Shown here piece by piece: positions 17,949 through 28,878 of a DNA stretch of 64,000 nucleotides. This stretch comes from Patescibacteria group bacterium (GTDB taxonomy: Bacteria > Patescibacteriota > Patescibacteriia > SG8-24 > DYFX01), in NCBI GenBank assembly GCA_038062835.1, contig JBBTWH010000009.1:8257-72256 (forward strand), in the 5' to 3' direction. How positions within the stretch are numbered: position 1 is the stretch's first letter; the number at the start of each line of letters is the position of its first letter. The position numbers and the translations under genes are program-made. The notes under the pieces were generated by a model. That model saw only the letters and a program-made list of their open reading frames with translations, did not search any database and was not told the origin of the DNA.

Positions 17949-20669
17949 CTAAAGCCACTTCGCCGGCACGACGCCGCGCCGGACCAGGATCTTGTAACCC
18001 TCGACCAGCCAGAGGACCGACGACGAGACGGCGACGGCCAGCGCCCAGTCTTTCCAGCCGAGCGGTACGATGCGGAATGCGGGCTGGAAGGCCGGGACGT
18101 ACATGATCATCGACATGAGTCCGACGGAGAGCGCGATCGTCATGGGGACCCAGCGGTTCGAAAGGATCCCCAGCGTGAAGAGGGACTTGTCGGTGGAGCG
18201 CATGTTGAAGACGTTCCACAGCTGGAAGAATGACATCGACAGGAACGCCATCGACCGCGCCGCGTCGAGGCCGTCGCGGTCGAGATACGCGCTGAAAAGC
18301 AGGAGCGTGCCGGCGGCCATCAAGGACGAGGTCAGGACGAGGAGGACGAGAAGGTTGCGCGACAGGATACGCGCGTCCTTGCGGCGCGGCGGGTTGAGCA
18401 GTTCGCCGCCATGCCTCGGCTCGAGCGCCAGAGCCTCGTCCGTCAGCGTGTCAGTGACGACGTTCAGCCAAAGCAGCTGCGCTGGCAGGAGCGGCAGCGG
18501 CAGCCCCAAGGCCAGCGTGGAGAGCATCGTGACGATCTCGCCGGCGTTGGTCATGACCAGGAAGCCGGCGGTCTGCTTGACGTTGCGGAAGACGATGCGC
18601 CCCTCCTCGACGGCGCTGACGACCGACGAGAAATCATCGTCGGTCAGGACCATGTCGGCGACTTCCTTGGTGACGTCCGTGCCGGTGATGCCCATGGCCA
18701 CGCCGACGTCGGCGCTCTTCAGGGCCGGCGCGTCGTTGATGCCGTCGCCCGTCATGGCGACGGTATGCCCGGAACGCTGCAGCTCGTCGACCACGCGGAT
18801 CTTGGTGGCGGGCGTGACGCGCGCGAAGACGACCGCGTCCTTCATGCTGGCGCGGAAGGCCTCTTCGGACATCGCGGCGACGTCCGCGCCCGTGAAGACG
18901 CGGCCTTCTCCGTCGTCTTCCAGCAGGCCGATCTCGCGGGCGATGGCGACGGCGGTGGCCTTATGGTCGCCGGTGTTCATGATGACCCTGATGCCGGCCC
19001 GGCCGCAGCGCGCGAGCGCCTCGCGGACGCCCTTGCGCGGAGGATCGATCATGCCGACGAGTCCCAACAGCGAGAGACCTCGTACGTCATCGGCGCGGAG
19101 CTCCTCCGTCTCAAGCCCGACTTCGCGGACGGCGACCGCGATGACGCGCATGGCCTTCGAAGCCATCGCGTCGTGCATCGTCTCGAAACGCGCGCGGAGT
19201 TCCGGCGTGAGGACGTCCGGACCGCGCCCGGACATCGTCATCGACGCCCTGCCGGCCAGCACCTCGAAAGCGCCGACGGCCATGATCTCCCGGCGGCGGA
19301 GCCCGTCGGCGTCGGCGTAGTCGTGGAGGACGGCGCGGAACTTCCGGTCGGAACTGAACGGGATCTCCTCGAGCGTGCGTTCCTCGCGCCTGAGCCGTGA
19401 ACGGTCGAAGCCGCCCTTGCGTCCGAGCGCGACAAGCGCCGCTTCGGTCGGATCGCCGACCGCCACGAGCCTGCCTCCCTCGACCTGGATCGAAGCCTTG
19501 GCGCACATCGCGGCCGCGCGGAGCACATGATTCAGCACGGGATGCTCTCCGAGATGGATGCGCGCGCCGGCGACGAGGAACTCGCCTTCGTAAGACCAGC
19601 CCTCCCCCGTCACGTGCACGGCATGATCGAGCAACCCGACTTCGCGGACGGTCATCTTGTTCTCGGTCAGCGTGCCGGTCTTGTCCGTGCAGATGACGTC
19701 GACGACGCCGAGCGTCTCGACGGCCGGAAGATGGCGCGTGATGGCGTTGCGTCGCGCCATGCGGCGGACGCCGACGGACAGGACGATGACGAGCACGAGC
19801 GGCAAGCCTTCGGGGATGCTGGAGACGGCGGCCGCCACGGCGAAGAGGAACGTGTCTACGACCGGCAGGTCGCGCCGCAGTCCGACGAAAAAGATGAGTC
19901 CTGCGGCCAAGATCGCGATGACGCCCAGATTGGCGGCCATGCGGTCGAGGCGGATCTCGAAAGGCGTGCGCTCGCGCTTGATGTCGAGGAGCTCGCCGGC
20001 GATGCGGCCGAATTCCGTGCGGACGCCTATCTCGACGACGACGCCCACGGACTCCCCGGCCACGATGAGGGTCCCCATATGCAGCATGCTGGACCGGTCG
20101 CCGACCGCGGCGGAAGGGTCGGTCGGAGCCGCGGCCTTGGACGTGGGGACCGATTCGCCCGTCAACGGAGACTCGTCGGCACGGATATCCTTGGCCTCGA
20201 CGATGCGCATGTCGGCCGGCACGCGCGCGCCTTCCGTCAGGATGACGATATCGCCGGGCACGAGTCCCGCCGCCGCGATCCGTTCGACGCGGCCGGAGCG
20301 CCGCACGGCCGCGGTCGGCACGGCCATGTCACGCAGCTTGGCGATGGCCGTCTCAGCCTTGCGTTCCTGGACGTAGCCGATCAGTCCGTTGACGACGACG
20401 ACGAAGACGATGGCGCCCGCGTCGAAGACGTGGCCGGAAAACCACGAGACGGCGGCGGCGGCGAAGAGGACGTAATTGAGCGTCCCGCGGAACTGCTTGA
20501 GGAACAGCAGGAAGCGCGAGGGCCCCTTCTCATGCGGCAGCTCGTTCGGACCGTGTTCGACGAGGCGCGCGGCCGCCTCCTCGGCCGAGAGCCCATCGGC
20601 TCCCGTCTCGAGCGCGGCGAACGCCTCGTCGACGGTCAGCGCGTGCCAGGGGCGCTGATCATTCGGCAT
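17949..20669 (-). CDS. Cation-transporting P-type ATPase (type II, Ca2+-ATPase-like)
   Basis: TGES, IPEGLP, DKTGTLT, TGDH, GDGINDAPAL motifs. Confidence 0.95.
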   Translation of the reverse strand: MPNDQRPWHALTVDEAFAALETGADGLSAEEAAARLVEHGPNELPHEKGPSRFLLFLKQFRGTLNYVLFAAAAVSWFSGHVFDAGAIVFVVVVNGLIGYVQERKAETAIAKLRDMAVPTAAVRRSGRVERIAAAGLVPGDIVILTEGARVPADMRIVEAKDIRADESPLTGESVPTSKAAAPTDPSAAVGDRSSMLHMGTLIVAGESVGVVVEIGVRTEFGRIAGELLDIKRERTPFEIRLDRMAANLGVIAILAAGLIFFVGLRRDLPVVDTFLFAVAAAVSSIPEGLPLVLVIVLSVGVRRMARRNAITRHLPAVETLGVVDVICTDKTGTLTENKMTVREVGLLDHAVHVTGEGWSYEGEFLVAGARIHLGEHPVLNHVLRAAAMCAKASIQVEGGRLVAVGDPTEAALVALGRKGGFDRSRLRREERTLEEIPFSSDRKFRAVLHDYADADGLRRREIMAVGAFEVLAGRASMTMSGRGPDVLTPELRARFETMHDAMASKAMRVIAVAVREVGLETEELRADDVRGLSLLGLVGMIDPPRKGVREALARCGRAGIRVIMNTGDHKATAVAIAREIGLLEDDGEGRVFTGADVAAMSEEAFRASMKDAVVFARVTPATKIRVVDELQRSGHTVAMTGDGINDAPALKSADVGVAMGITGTDVTKEVADMVLTDDDFSSVVSAVEEGRIVFRNVKQTAGFLVMTNAGEIVTMLSTLALGLPLPLLPAQLLWLNVVTDTLTDEALALEPRHGGELLNPPRRKDARILSRNLLVLLVLTSSLMAAGTLLLFSAYLDRDGLDAARSMAFLSMSFFQLWNVFNMRSTDKSLFTLGILSNRWVPMTIALSVGLMSMIMYVPAFQPAFRIVPLGWKDWALAVAVSSSVLWLVEGYKILVRRGVVPAKWL

Positions 20670-21237
20670 CGGCGGGGCATTCCTTGATGTCGGAGAGGAG
20701 CACGTTCTCCACGCGGATGCCGCGCGGGAAAAAGATGCGTTCGAGCTCCTGCTTAGTCTCGATCTCGACCTGGTCCCGGCGCGTCGAGCAGATGTCGGCG
20801 TGCGGGTAGCGCGCGGAGATCATGCGCATGCGGCTGCGGATGGTGGGACGCACGATCTTCTGCACGAAGTCGTCGCCGATGTTCTGCCAGATCATCGGGA
20901 TCTGCTCGATATCGAGACGCAGCAGGATAGTGCCTTCGACCTGGATGCGCTTGCCGTCCGAAGATTGGGCGACGATCGGCACGTCGCCGAGCGCCTTGAC
21001 GTGCTCGGGTCGGAACTCGCCGGAGATCGAATACTCGAGCGTCTGCGTGTTGAACAGTTTGGCTTTCTGCCAGAACGGGATCTTGAGGTGGAGGCCGGGC
21101 ATCATGACCTTCTTGAGGACGCCGCGGCCGAGGTCGTAGACGCAGGCGACGTAGCCGGGAGGGACGTAAATGAAAAGCCCCTTGAGGACGTCCTCGACGA
21201 CGAACGAATACATCAGTTGGTCGAGACGGTCGGCCAT
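20659..21237 (-). CDS. SPFH/prohibitin domain protein
   Basis: YVPPGYVACVYDLGRGV...PGLHLKIPFWQ...KIVRPTIRSRMR...GIRVENVLLSDI. Confidence 0.85.
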   Translation of the reverse strand: MADRLDQLMYSFVVEDVLKGLFIYVPPGYVACVYDLGRGVLKKVMMPGLHLKIPFWQKAKLFNTQTLEYSISGEFRPEHVKALGDVPIVAQSSDGKRIQVEGTILLRLDIEQIPMIWQNIGDDFVQKIVRPTIRSRMRMISARYPHADICSTRRDQVEIETKQELERIFFPRGIRVENVLLSDIKECPADAE

Positions 21238-21866
21238 AGCTTGTGTCTGATGGCTGAAACGGTGAAGGAGAAGGCCATCGAGGTGAGCACGAACAGGGCC
21301 TTCACCATGGGCAAGAGTGACAATACCACGACGGAAAACAGCGGGAAAGCGTAACGGTAGATGGCGTCTTGCTTCCCGAGCAGGTGTTCGACCTGGCGCT
21401 GTTCGTGCGAAATCTCGAGATACAGCACGACGCCGACGGCCAGCGCCCACCAGACATTCCTCGCGGAGAGCCCGAAACCGAAGAACGTCGGGTCGATGTC
21501 CGGCGTGAGGGCGCCGCGGGTGAAGACCTGGTAGAGCGCGAGCAAGACGGCGAGCTGGACCAGGAGCACCGTCGCCTTGGCCCACGGATTGATCTTGCGC
21601 CGTTTGAGCAGCTCGCGGATCTGCTCGTTGGCCAGCACCGGGTCGTTCTTGTACTGCCCCTGAATGGCGGCGACCTCCTCGGAGAGGCGTTCATAGCGCG
21701 CGCTGGAACGCTCCGCGAGGATGGTGAGCGGCATGAGCGCCAAACGCAGGAGCACCGTCAGCTCGATGACGGCGACGCCCAGGTTCCCGAACGCCAGCGT
21801 GCGGTACAGGAAGAGCAGGGTCTCAAGCATCGGGTGGACGATCGCTTCGCGCCAGAGATCTTGCAT
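21213..21866 (-). CDS. yidC: YidC/Oxa1 family membrane insertase (short form)
   Basis: GNLGVAVIELTVLLRLALMPL...IQGQYKND...KINPWA...LLVQL. Confidence 0.75.
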   Translation of the reverse strand: MQDLWREAIVHPMLETLLFLYRTLAFGNLGVAVIELTVLLRLALMPLTILAERSSARYERLSEEVAAIQGQYKNDPVLANEQIRELLKRRKINPWAKATVLLVQLAVLLALYQVFTRGALTPDIDPTFFGFGLSARNVWWALAVGVVLYLEISHEQRQVEHLLGKQDAIYRYAFPLFSVVVLSLLPMVKALFVLTSMAFSFTVSAIRHKLWPTVSTN

Positions 21867-21919
21867 ACCGCGACAGCATAGCAAAAACGAGGGTTTCGGT
21901 CACCCTCGTTTCAGGCGTT

Positions 21920-22888
<969 letters not shown>

Positions 22889-22938
22889 AGGATACGAAAG
22901 GATGCCTCGTTCCAGGCATCCAGTCAAGCGGATCGTCT

Positions 22939-23595
22939 TCAGGATTTACCGGCTGCCTCGCACTTCTTCTGGAGCTCCTCGATGCGCTGCTTGAGCTTGA
23001 TCATCTGGAGTTCGCGATCGACGATCAAGCGCTTCATGTCCCGTGTCCTCTCAAGTTCCTTCTCCAGGACCTTGCGGAACGATTCGTGCTTGAAAAGTTG
23101 CTGGTGAAGTTGGACGACCTGGAGCTCGAGCGCGGCCCAGGAGGCAAGATCCTTGAGCAGCTGCTGGTCATCGAGCGACAGTTCACGCGGAGCGCGATCC
23201 TTGATGCAGAAGACGCCGAGCCGGAAGCCGTGGATGTCCAGGATCGGCACGCCTGCATAGAAGCGGATGTAGGGCTCTCCGATCACCATGGGGTTGTCGG
23301 AGAACCGGGCGTCTTTCCGCGCGTCGGGGATGACCATGATGTCGTCGGCGAGCATCGCGTGCCCGCAGAACGAGATGGCTCGCGCTCCCTGGCGCGCCTC
23401 CAGGCCCTGGCACGACTTGAACCACTCGCGCTCCTTATCGACCAAGGTCAGGGTCGAGATGGGCACTTTGAAAAGCTTGAGCGCCAGGCGCGTGATGCGG
23501 TCGAACTGCTCTTCGCGCTGGGTGTCGAGGAACCCGAGGCTATGGAGCGCCAGGAGTCGCTCGGATTCGTTTTCCGGAATAGGAGCTTCGATCAT
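22939..23595 (-). CDS. Stand-alone GAF domain protein with C-terminal coiled coil
   Basis: PENESERLLAL...LDT.REEQFDRIT...SFCGHA...DARFSDNPMV...IRFYAGVP; tail IVDRELQMIKLK. Confidence 0.88.
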   Translation of the reverse strand: MIEAPIPENESERLLALHSLGFLDTQREEQFDRITRLALKLFKVPISTLTLVDKEREWFKSCQGLEARQGARAISFCGHAMLADDIMVIPDARKDARFSDNPMVIGEPYIRFYAGVPILDIHGFRLGVFCIKDRAPRELSLDDQQLLKDLASWAALELQVVQLHQQLFKHESFRKVLEKELERTRDMKRLIVDRELQMIKLKQRIEELQKKCEAAGKS

Positions 23596-23597
23596 AT

Positions 23598-24071
23598 TTA
23601 CGGCTTGGCCACCGGCAACGCCGCATCATGCTCGACTGACCCCTTCTTCATCAGCATGGCATCGAGGCCGTAGGCCCCGGCACCGGAAAGGACGAGCGCG
23701 AGAGCCGTCATCATCAACGAGAATTCGAACTCGTAGGTCTTGAACGAACCGATTTCCTTGGCCGTCAGGACGGCGACGACCATGATGACGACGTGTCCGG
23801 CCGCCCAGAAACGGGTCGCGAGACCGAGCAGGACGAAGATGCCGCCGAAGAATTCCACGCAAGCGACGAGGACCGCCATGGCGCCCGGCAACGGGATTCC
23901 CAGCTTCTCGAAGAACATGCCGGTGCCGTCGAGGCCGCTGAGTTTCATCCAGCCGTGAAAGATGAAGACGAAGGCGAGTCCGACGCGCAGGACGAGCTTG
24001 GCGGCATCGGCGCTGCACGGCTTCCTAAGGAAAACCATGGCCGGGTTGTGCATGAGTCGGTGGAGCATCAT
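23598..24071 (-). CDS. DoxX family membrane protein
   Basis: LVLRVGLAFVFIFHGWMKL...EFFGG...LGLATR...GAGAYGLD. Confidence 0.9.
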   Translation of the reverse strand: MMLHRLMHNPAMVFLRKPCSADAAKLVLRVGLAFVFIFHGWMKLSGLDGTGMFFEKLGIPLPGAMAVLVACVEFFGGIFVLLGLATRFWAAGHVVIMVVAVLTAKEIGSFKTYEFEFSLMMTALALVLSGAGAYGLDAMLMKKGSVEHDAALPVAKP

Positions 24072-24160
24072 AGGCGTTAGTTTAAGCCTTATATATCAGG
24101 CTGAGTGTACCACCTCCACTGGACATCCTTCCAGCGGAATGCTATCGTCATCTGCGTCAT

Positions 24161-24239
24161 GGCGCGTTCGTCTAGCCCGGTCCAGGACGTCTCCCTCTCA
24201 CGGAGAAGATCAGGGGTTCGAATCCCCTACGCGCTACCA
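24161..24239 (+). tRNA. tRNA-Glu (anticodon CTC)
   Basis: GGCGCGT/ACGCGCT acceptor stem, TCTCC-CTCTCAC-GGAGA anticodon arm, AGGGG-TTCGAAT-CCCCT T arm, encoded CCA. Confidence 0.95.
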
Positions 24240-24273
24240 AAAAAATCCCGACCTTCTGCGGTCGGGATTTTTT
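24240..24273 (+). terminator. Intrinsic terminator after tRNA-Glu
   Basis: AAAAAATCCCGACC-ttctgc-GGTCGGGATTTTTT. Confidence 0.8.
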
Positions 24274-24326
24274 GACGTAAAAACGGGGCGAACTTGATGT
24301 TCGCCCCGTGCGTGAGTGCCGATGCC

Positions 24327-25760
24327 CTAGCGCGAGATGCGCCGGAGCCAGAGGTTGACCTGCCGGGCCTTGTCCGCGTCCCGGTCGGGGCGCGAGCGAT
24401 AGGCCTTGCAAGCCTTTAGCGCTTCCGTGCGGGCTTCGGGCTGCCGGACATAGGCGCCGCAGAGGCAGAAGAGCCCCTCGGCGTCGTTCGGCTTGGACTT
24501 GAGAGCGCGCGTGAGCGTCGCGATGGCGTCCGACGTCCGGCCGCCGGCGTAGAGCGCGCAGCCTTGGACGGAAGTCGCGGCGGACGGGGGCGGCGGTGGC
24601 GGAATCGAGATTCCGTCGGACGCATCCCTGTCATCGACGGCCTTCGCAGGAGCGACGGCCTCGGCCTTGGCGGTCACGATGACCGCTTCAGGCCTGCCGG
24701 ACCGAGCGGGAGCCTTGCCCATCGTCAGCGCCAGGCCGACGGCGAACGCCGCGACCGCGCAGACCGCGATCGATGCCGGAATCCACGCGCGCTTCCTCGA
24801 TGCCGACTTGATCGGAGCTTTCGGCTTCGATTCGAACGCGACCGCCTCGAGCGCGGCGCGCATCTCGGAAGCCGACCCGTACCGTTCGCCGGGAATCTTG
24901 GCCATCGCCTTGCGGACGATGGCGTCGAGCCCGGGAGGGAGCGGCTCGGCGTCCGACGCAACGATCGCGGGGACCGCCGAACTCCGATGCTGGTCGTAGA
25001 TGGCGAGCGCATCCTTCCCGCGGAAAGGCGCCCTGCTGTTCAACAGCTGGAACAGCATCACGCCGACGGAGTAGATGTCGGTGCGCTCATCGACGGGCAG
25101 GGAACGGATCTGCTCCGGCGACATATAGAGCGGCGAACCGAGCGGCATGCCTTGCTGGGTCAGCGTCATGTCGAGGGCGGGGTCGCCCGACGACTCGGAA
25201 GCCTTCCCCAGGCCGAAGTCCAGGATCTTCACCTGGTCGTCCTTGTCGGTCAGCATGACGTTGCCGGGCTTCAGATCGCGGTGGACGATCTTGATGGCAT
25301 GGATCGCCTCGAGGCCCCTGAGGATCTCGATGACGATCTTGATGGCCCTTTTCGGCGCCAAAGCGCGGGGCTTTCCGGCAGGCGTCATGATCTCGTCGCG
25401 CAGCGTGCGCCCTTCGATCCGTTCCATGACCAGCAGGTGCCGGCCGTCGATCTCGTCGAAGGAGAAGATCATGGCGACGTTCGGGTGCATGACGCGTCCG
25501 GCGACCTGCGCCTCGCGGCGGAAGCGCGCGACCATCATCTTGCAGTGCTCCGGATCCCTCGTCGGGAAACTGATCACCTTGATGACGACCGTCCGGCCCA
25601 GACTCTCGTCTTTCGCCAGATAGACCTCGCCCATGCCGCCCTTGCCGATCGGAGAACCGATGCTGTACTTCCCGATCTTCTTGCCCTCGACCCTGGAATC
25701 CTCCAGGGCCTTTTCGATGTCATCGCCTATCAGCGCGCGCAAGCCGTCGTCCGTGTTCAT
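24327..25760 (-). CDS. Hanks-type Ser/Thr protein kinase with TM helix and extracytoplasmic TPR-like domain
   Basis: GKGGMGEVY, VVIK, HRDLKPGN, DFG, GSPLYMSPEQ, DIYSVG; TM (IAVCAVAAFAVGLAL); C-terminal AIATLTRALKSKPNDAEGLFCL. Confidence 0.93.
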   Translation of the reverse strand: MNTDDGLRALIGDDIEKALEDSRVEGKKIGKYSIGSPIGKGGMGEVYLAKDESLGRTVVIKVISFPTRDPEHCKMMVARFRREAQVAGRVMHPNVAMIFSFDEIDGRHLLVMERIEGRTLRDEIMTPAGKPRALAPKRAIKIVIEILRGLEAIHAIKIVHRDLKPGNVMLTDKDDQVKILDFGLGKASESSGDPALDMTLTQQGMPLGSPLYMSPEQIRSLPVDERTDIYSVGVMLFQLLNSRAPFRGKDALAIYDQHRSSAVPAIVASDAEPLPPGLDAIVRKAMAKIPGERYGSASEMRAALEAVAFESKPKAPIKSASRKRAWIPASIAVCAVAAFAVGLALTMGKAPARSGRPEAVIVTAKAEAVAPAKAVDDRDASDGISIPPPPPPSAATSVQGCALYAGGRTSDAIATLTRALKSKPNDAEGLFCLCGAYVRQPEARTEALKACKAYRSRPDRDADKARQVNLWLRRISR

Positions 25761-25833
25761 CTGAACCTCCTGCCTTACGGCGGTGTGGGGACTCGTGGTG
25801 CTTCCCAGGAGAACTCTCCATTGGAAACGGCTT

Positions 25834-25862
25834 ACTTTAGCTTAAAAAAACGCTTCTGTCAA
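25834..25862 (-). promoter_or_regulatory. Putative sigma70 promoter of the kinase gene
   Basis: Minus strand TTGACA-17 nt-TAAAGT. Confidence 0.6.
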
Positions 25863-25898
25863 GTCTTTATGACAGAAGCGCCAGATTTTTGGCTTGTT

Positions 25899-27173
25899 TC
25901 AGCCCTTCTTTTCCTGGCTGACGAGGAGCTCCGCCGCCCTTGAAGGCTCGGCCATGAGTTCCTTGACGACTCGCTCCATCCGCATGCCCCGCGAACCCTT
26001 GATGAGCAGGAGGTCGCCTGGATGGATGCGGTCCTGGAGGAAACGACCCGACGCGACGGCATCCCTCATATGGAAGACGCGCTCGTCCGGCATGCCGGCC
26101 TCGCGCGCCGCCTCGCACAGGAGCGCGGAGGCCGCGCCGACGCCGACTAACATATCGAGGCCGGACGCCGCCGCGGCTTTGCCGATGCGTCGGTGCGATT
26201 CCTCGGTCAGCGCGCCGAGTTCGAACATGTCTCCGAGAACGGCGATGCGCCGAGCGTCGCCTTCGCGCGGCAAGGCGGCGAACGTCCGCAGGGCGAGCTC
26301 GGCGGCGCGAGGCGATGAGTTGTAGGTGTCGTCGACGATGACGGTGCGCTTCACGCCCGACAGGACCCGCAGGCGTCCCGGCGGGGGCTGATACTCCGCC
26401 AGCCCGTAGGGGATGGCGGCCGGGTCGATGCCGAAGGCCACCCCGACGCCTGCGGCCGCCAGCGCGGCATAGACGTTGCCTTCGCCGATGGCTTCCGACA
26501 GGTTCGCCGCATAGCTGACGCCGTCGATCAGCAGGTCGAAACGCGTGAAGACCGTGCCGAGCGCCGTTTCGGCGCTGACGCGCTCCGCGCGGACACGGGC
26601 GGACGGTCCGAAGCCGAAAAGCACCGCGCGCTCGCCCATGCCATCCCCCATCGGCGCGACGCGGACGTCGTCGGCGTTCAGCACGGCAGTGCCGCGCTCG
26701 GCGACGGCGCGCACGATCGCGCCCTCTTCTTTCGCCACGCCGTCGAGATCGCCTAGGAATTCCGTGTGCTCTTCGGAAATGGCCGTCAGCACGGAGACGT
26801 CAGGGGGGGCGATCGCGGTCAGATAGTCCAGGTCGCCCGGATGGTCGGTAGCCATCTCGAGCACGAGGACTTTCGGATAGTCGCGCTCGGGTCCGAACGC
26901 CAGGCGGAACCCGCGCCAAAGGATGCCGGCCCAGGCGAAAATCGAGCGTCCGCCGCTCGAAGGCTCGCCCAGGATCGTGAGCGGCACGCCGATCTCGTTG
27001 TTGTGGTTCCTGGAGCTGGCGCGGGTCGGAAAAGCGCGGCCGAGGACGGCCGCGACGGCGCGCGTCGTCGACGTCTTGCCGACGGAACCGGCGACAGCGA
27101 CGATCTTCGGCCGATACCGGGCCAGGACGACTCGCGACAGGAAGGCCAGGACGTATTGCAGGTTGCGGAGCAT
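25899..27173 (-). CDS. murF: UDP-N-acetylmuramoyl-tripeptide--D-Ala-D-Ala ligase
   Basis: VAGSVGKTST, NNEIGVPLT, VLEM, DDTYNSSP, VLGDMFELG, KGSRGMRME. Confidence 0.92.
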   Translation of the reverse strand: MLRNLQYVLAFLSRVVLARYRPKIVAVAGSVGKTSTTRAVAAVLGRAFPTRASSRNHNNEIGVPLTILGEPSSGGRSIFAWAGILWRGFRLAFGPERDYPKVLVLEMATDHPGDLDYLTAIAPPDVSVLTAISEEHTEFLGDLDGVAKEEGAIVRAVAERGTAVLNADDVRVAPMGDGMGERAVLFGFGPSARVRAERVSAETALGTVFTRFDLLIDGVSYAANLSEAIGEGNVYAALAAAGVGVAFGIDPAAIPYGLAEYQPPPGRLRVLSGVKRTVIVDDTYNSSPRAAELALRTFAALPREGDARRIAVLGDMFELGALTEESHRRIGKAAAASGLDMLVGVGAASALLCEAAREAGMPDERVFHMRDAVASGRFLQDRIHPGDLLLIKGSRGMRMERVVKELMAEPSRAAELLVSQEKKG

Positions 27174-27174
27174 A

Positions 27175-28878
27175 TCACTTGCGGGTAGGCGGTATCTGAT
27201 AGTAGTCGAGCAGGAACTTGGCGATGTCGCCGAACAGCGGCGCGGCCGACGACTCGGCGAACTGCACGTCCTTGGGACGGTCGATGCGCACGACCATCGC
27301 GAACTTCGGATCGTCGATAGGGCCGTAGCCGGCGAATGATCCGATGGTGGCGCCGATCTCATAGCCGGGTCCGTCCTTGCGCGCGATCTGCGCGGTGCCG
27401 GTCTTGCCGCCGATCCAGTATCCCGGCACGCCCGCGCGTTTGCCGTGCCCACGCTCGACGACGGCGGTCAGCATGCCGGAGACGAGCCTGGCGGCGCGTT
27501 CCGAGACGACGCGGCGCAGGGCCTTGGGAGCGCGCTTCTCGACCGTGCCGTCGGCGCGGCGTATCTCCTCCACTATGTAGGGCTTCATCATCATGCCGTC
27601 ATTGGCGAGCGCCGCATAGGCCGCCGCCATCTGGAGCGCCGTCACGGTGATGCCCTGGCCGTAGGAACCGGTCGCCGACCAGATGTCGCCCTTGCGCTCA
27701 AGCGGTTCGATGTCGCCGGCCGCTTCCGAGTGCAGCTCGAGTCCCGGCTTCTGGCCGAAGCCGAAGTCGCGCACGTATGTGAGGAAAGTCGGCGCGCCGA
27801 GACGATGGACCACCTCGACCATGCCGGTGTTGAGAGATTCCGCCAGGACGTCCGTCATCGTGACCTTGCCGTGCGCCTTGAGGTCGGAATTGCGGATGGT
27901 GTACGGCCCGATCTTCACTTCACCAGGGTCGTCGAAGGGCGTCGCGGGGGAGATCTTATCCGTATCGAGGCCGGCCGCCATCGTGATGGTCTTGAAGATC
28001 GAGCCCGGCTCGTACGCGTCGAACGCGGCGGTGTCGTTATAGACGCCGATGTCTTCGACCTTTCCGTAGTCGTTCGGGTCGAAGGCCGGGGCGTTGCAAA
28101 GGGCGATGACGGCGCCGGTATCCGGTTCGACGATGACGACGCTCCCCCGCTCGGCTCCGTGGCGCGCTACCCACTCCTCGAGCTTGCGGCAGGCGACGTA
28201 TTGCACGGTACGGTCGACGGTCAGCACCAGGTCGGAGCCGTCCTTGGCCGGCTTGACGGTACGGTTGCCTACGGCGATGGCGCGCCCGCCCGGATCCTTC
28301 TCCGACTCGAGATAACCCTGCGCGCCGGTCAGCTCCTTGTCGAACCAGCCCTCGATGCCGTAGCGCCCGCTTCGTCCGCGTTCGCTCTCGCCGACGAACC
28401 CGAGCATCTGCGCGGCGACGGAACCTTCGGGATAAAAGCGGTACTCCTCCTCGGAGAAGCCGATGCCTCCGATCCCAAGCGCCTCTATCTTGGCGCGCGT
28501 CTCGTCGTCGAGCTTGCGCGCGAGGGCGCGGTAGCGCTCGTCCTTATTCGAAAGCTTCTCCGCCAGTTTTTCGGGCTCCTCGCCGATGAGCGGCGCGATG
28601 GCGCGCGCGGCGGAGAGCGGATCCTTCAGACGGAAAGGTTCCGCGTACAGGAGGTGCATCGGACGGTTGGTGGCCAGGAGATATTCCTGGTCGCCGGAGG
28701 CGCGATCGCGCGCGTAGATCTTCCCTCGCTCGGGGAAAAGTTGACGGAACAGGTCGTGCTGTCCTTCCGCCAAGGCGGCATAGAAATCGTGACCGAGCAC
28801 CTGGATGCGGAAGAGCTGCCCGAAGATCAGCGCCCCGAACAGGAAAAAGCCCAGGCGAAGCAGTCGCAGGCGGCTCAT
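27175..28878 (-). CDS. ftsI: Class B penicillin-binding protein (FtsI/PBP3-like)
   Basis: PERGKIYAR, YEPGSIFK (SxxK), SLN, GKTGTAQ. Confidence 0.8.
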   Translation of the reverse strand: MSRLRLLRLGFFLFGALIFGQLFRIQVLGHDFYAALAEGQHDLFRQLFPERGKIYARDRASGDQEYLLATNRPMHLLYAEPFRLKDPLSAARAIAPLIGEEPEKLAEKLSNKDERYRALARKLDDETRAKIEALGIGGIGFSEEEYRFYPEGSVAAQMLGFVGESERGRSGRYGIEGWFDKELTGAQGYLESEKDPGGRAIAVGNRTVKPAKDGSDLVLTVDRTVQYVACRKLEEWVARHGAERGSVVIVEPDTGAVIALCNAPAFDPNDYGKVEDIGVYNDTAAFDAYEPGSIFKTITMAAGLDTDKISPATPFDDPGEVKIGPYTIRNSDLKAHGKVTMTDVLAESLNTGMVEVVHRLGAPTFLTYVRDFGFGQKPGLELHSEAAGDIEPLERKGDIWSATGSYGQGITVTALQMAAAYAALANDGMMMKPYIVEEIRRADGTVEKRAPKALRRVVSERAARLVSGMLTAVVERGHGKRAGVPGYWIGGKTGTAQIARKDGPGYEIGATIGSFAGYGPIDDPKFAMVVRIDRPKDVQFAESSAAPLFGDIAKFLLDYYQIPPTRK

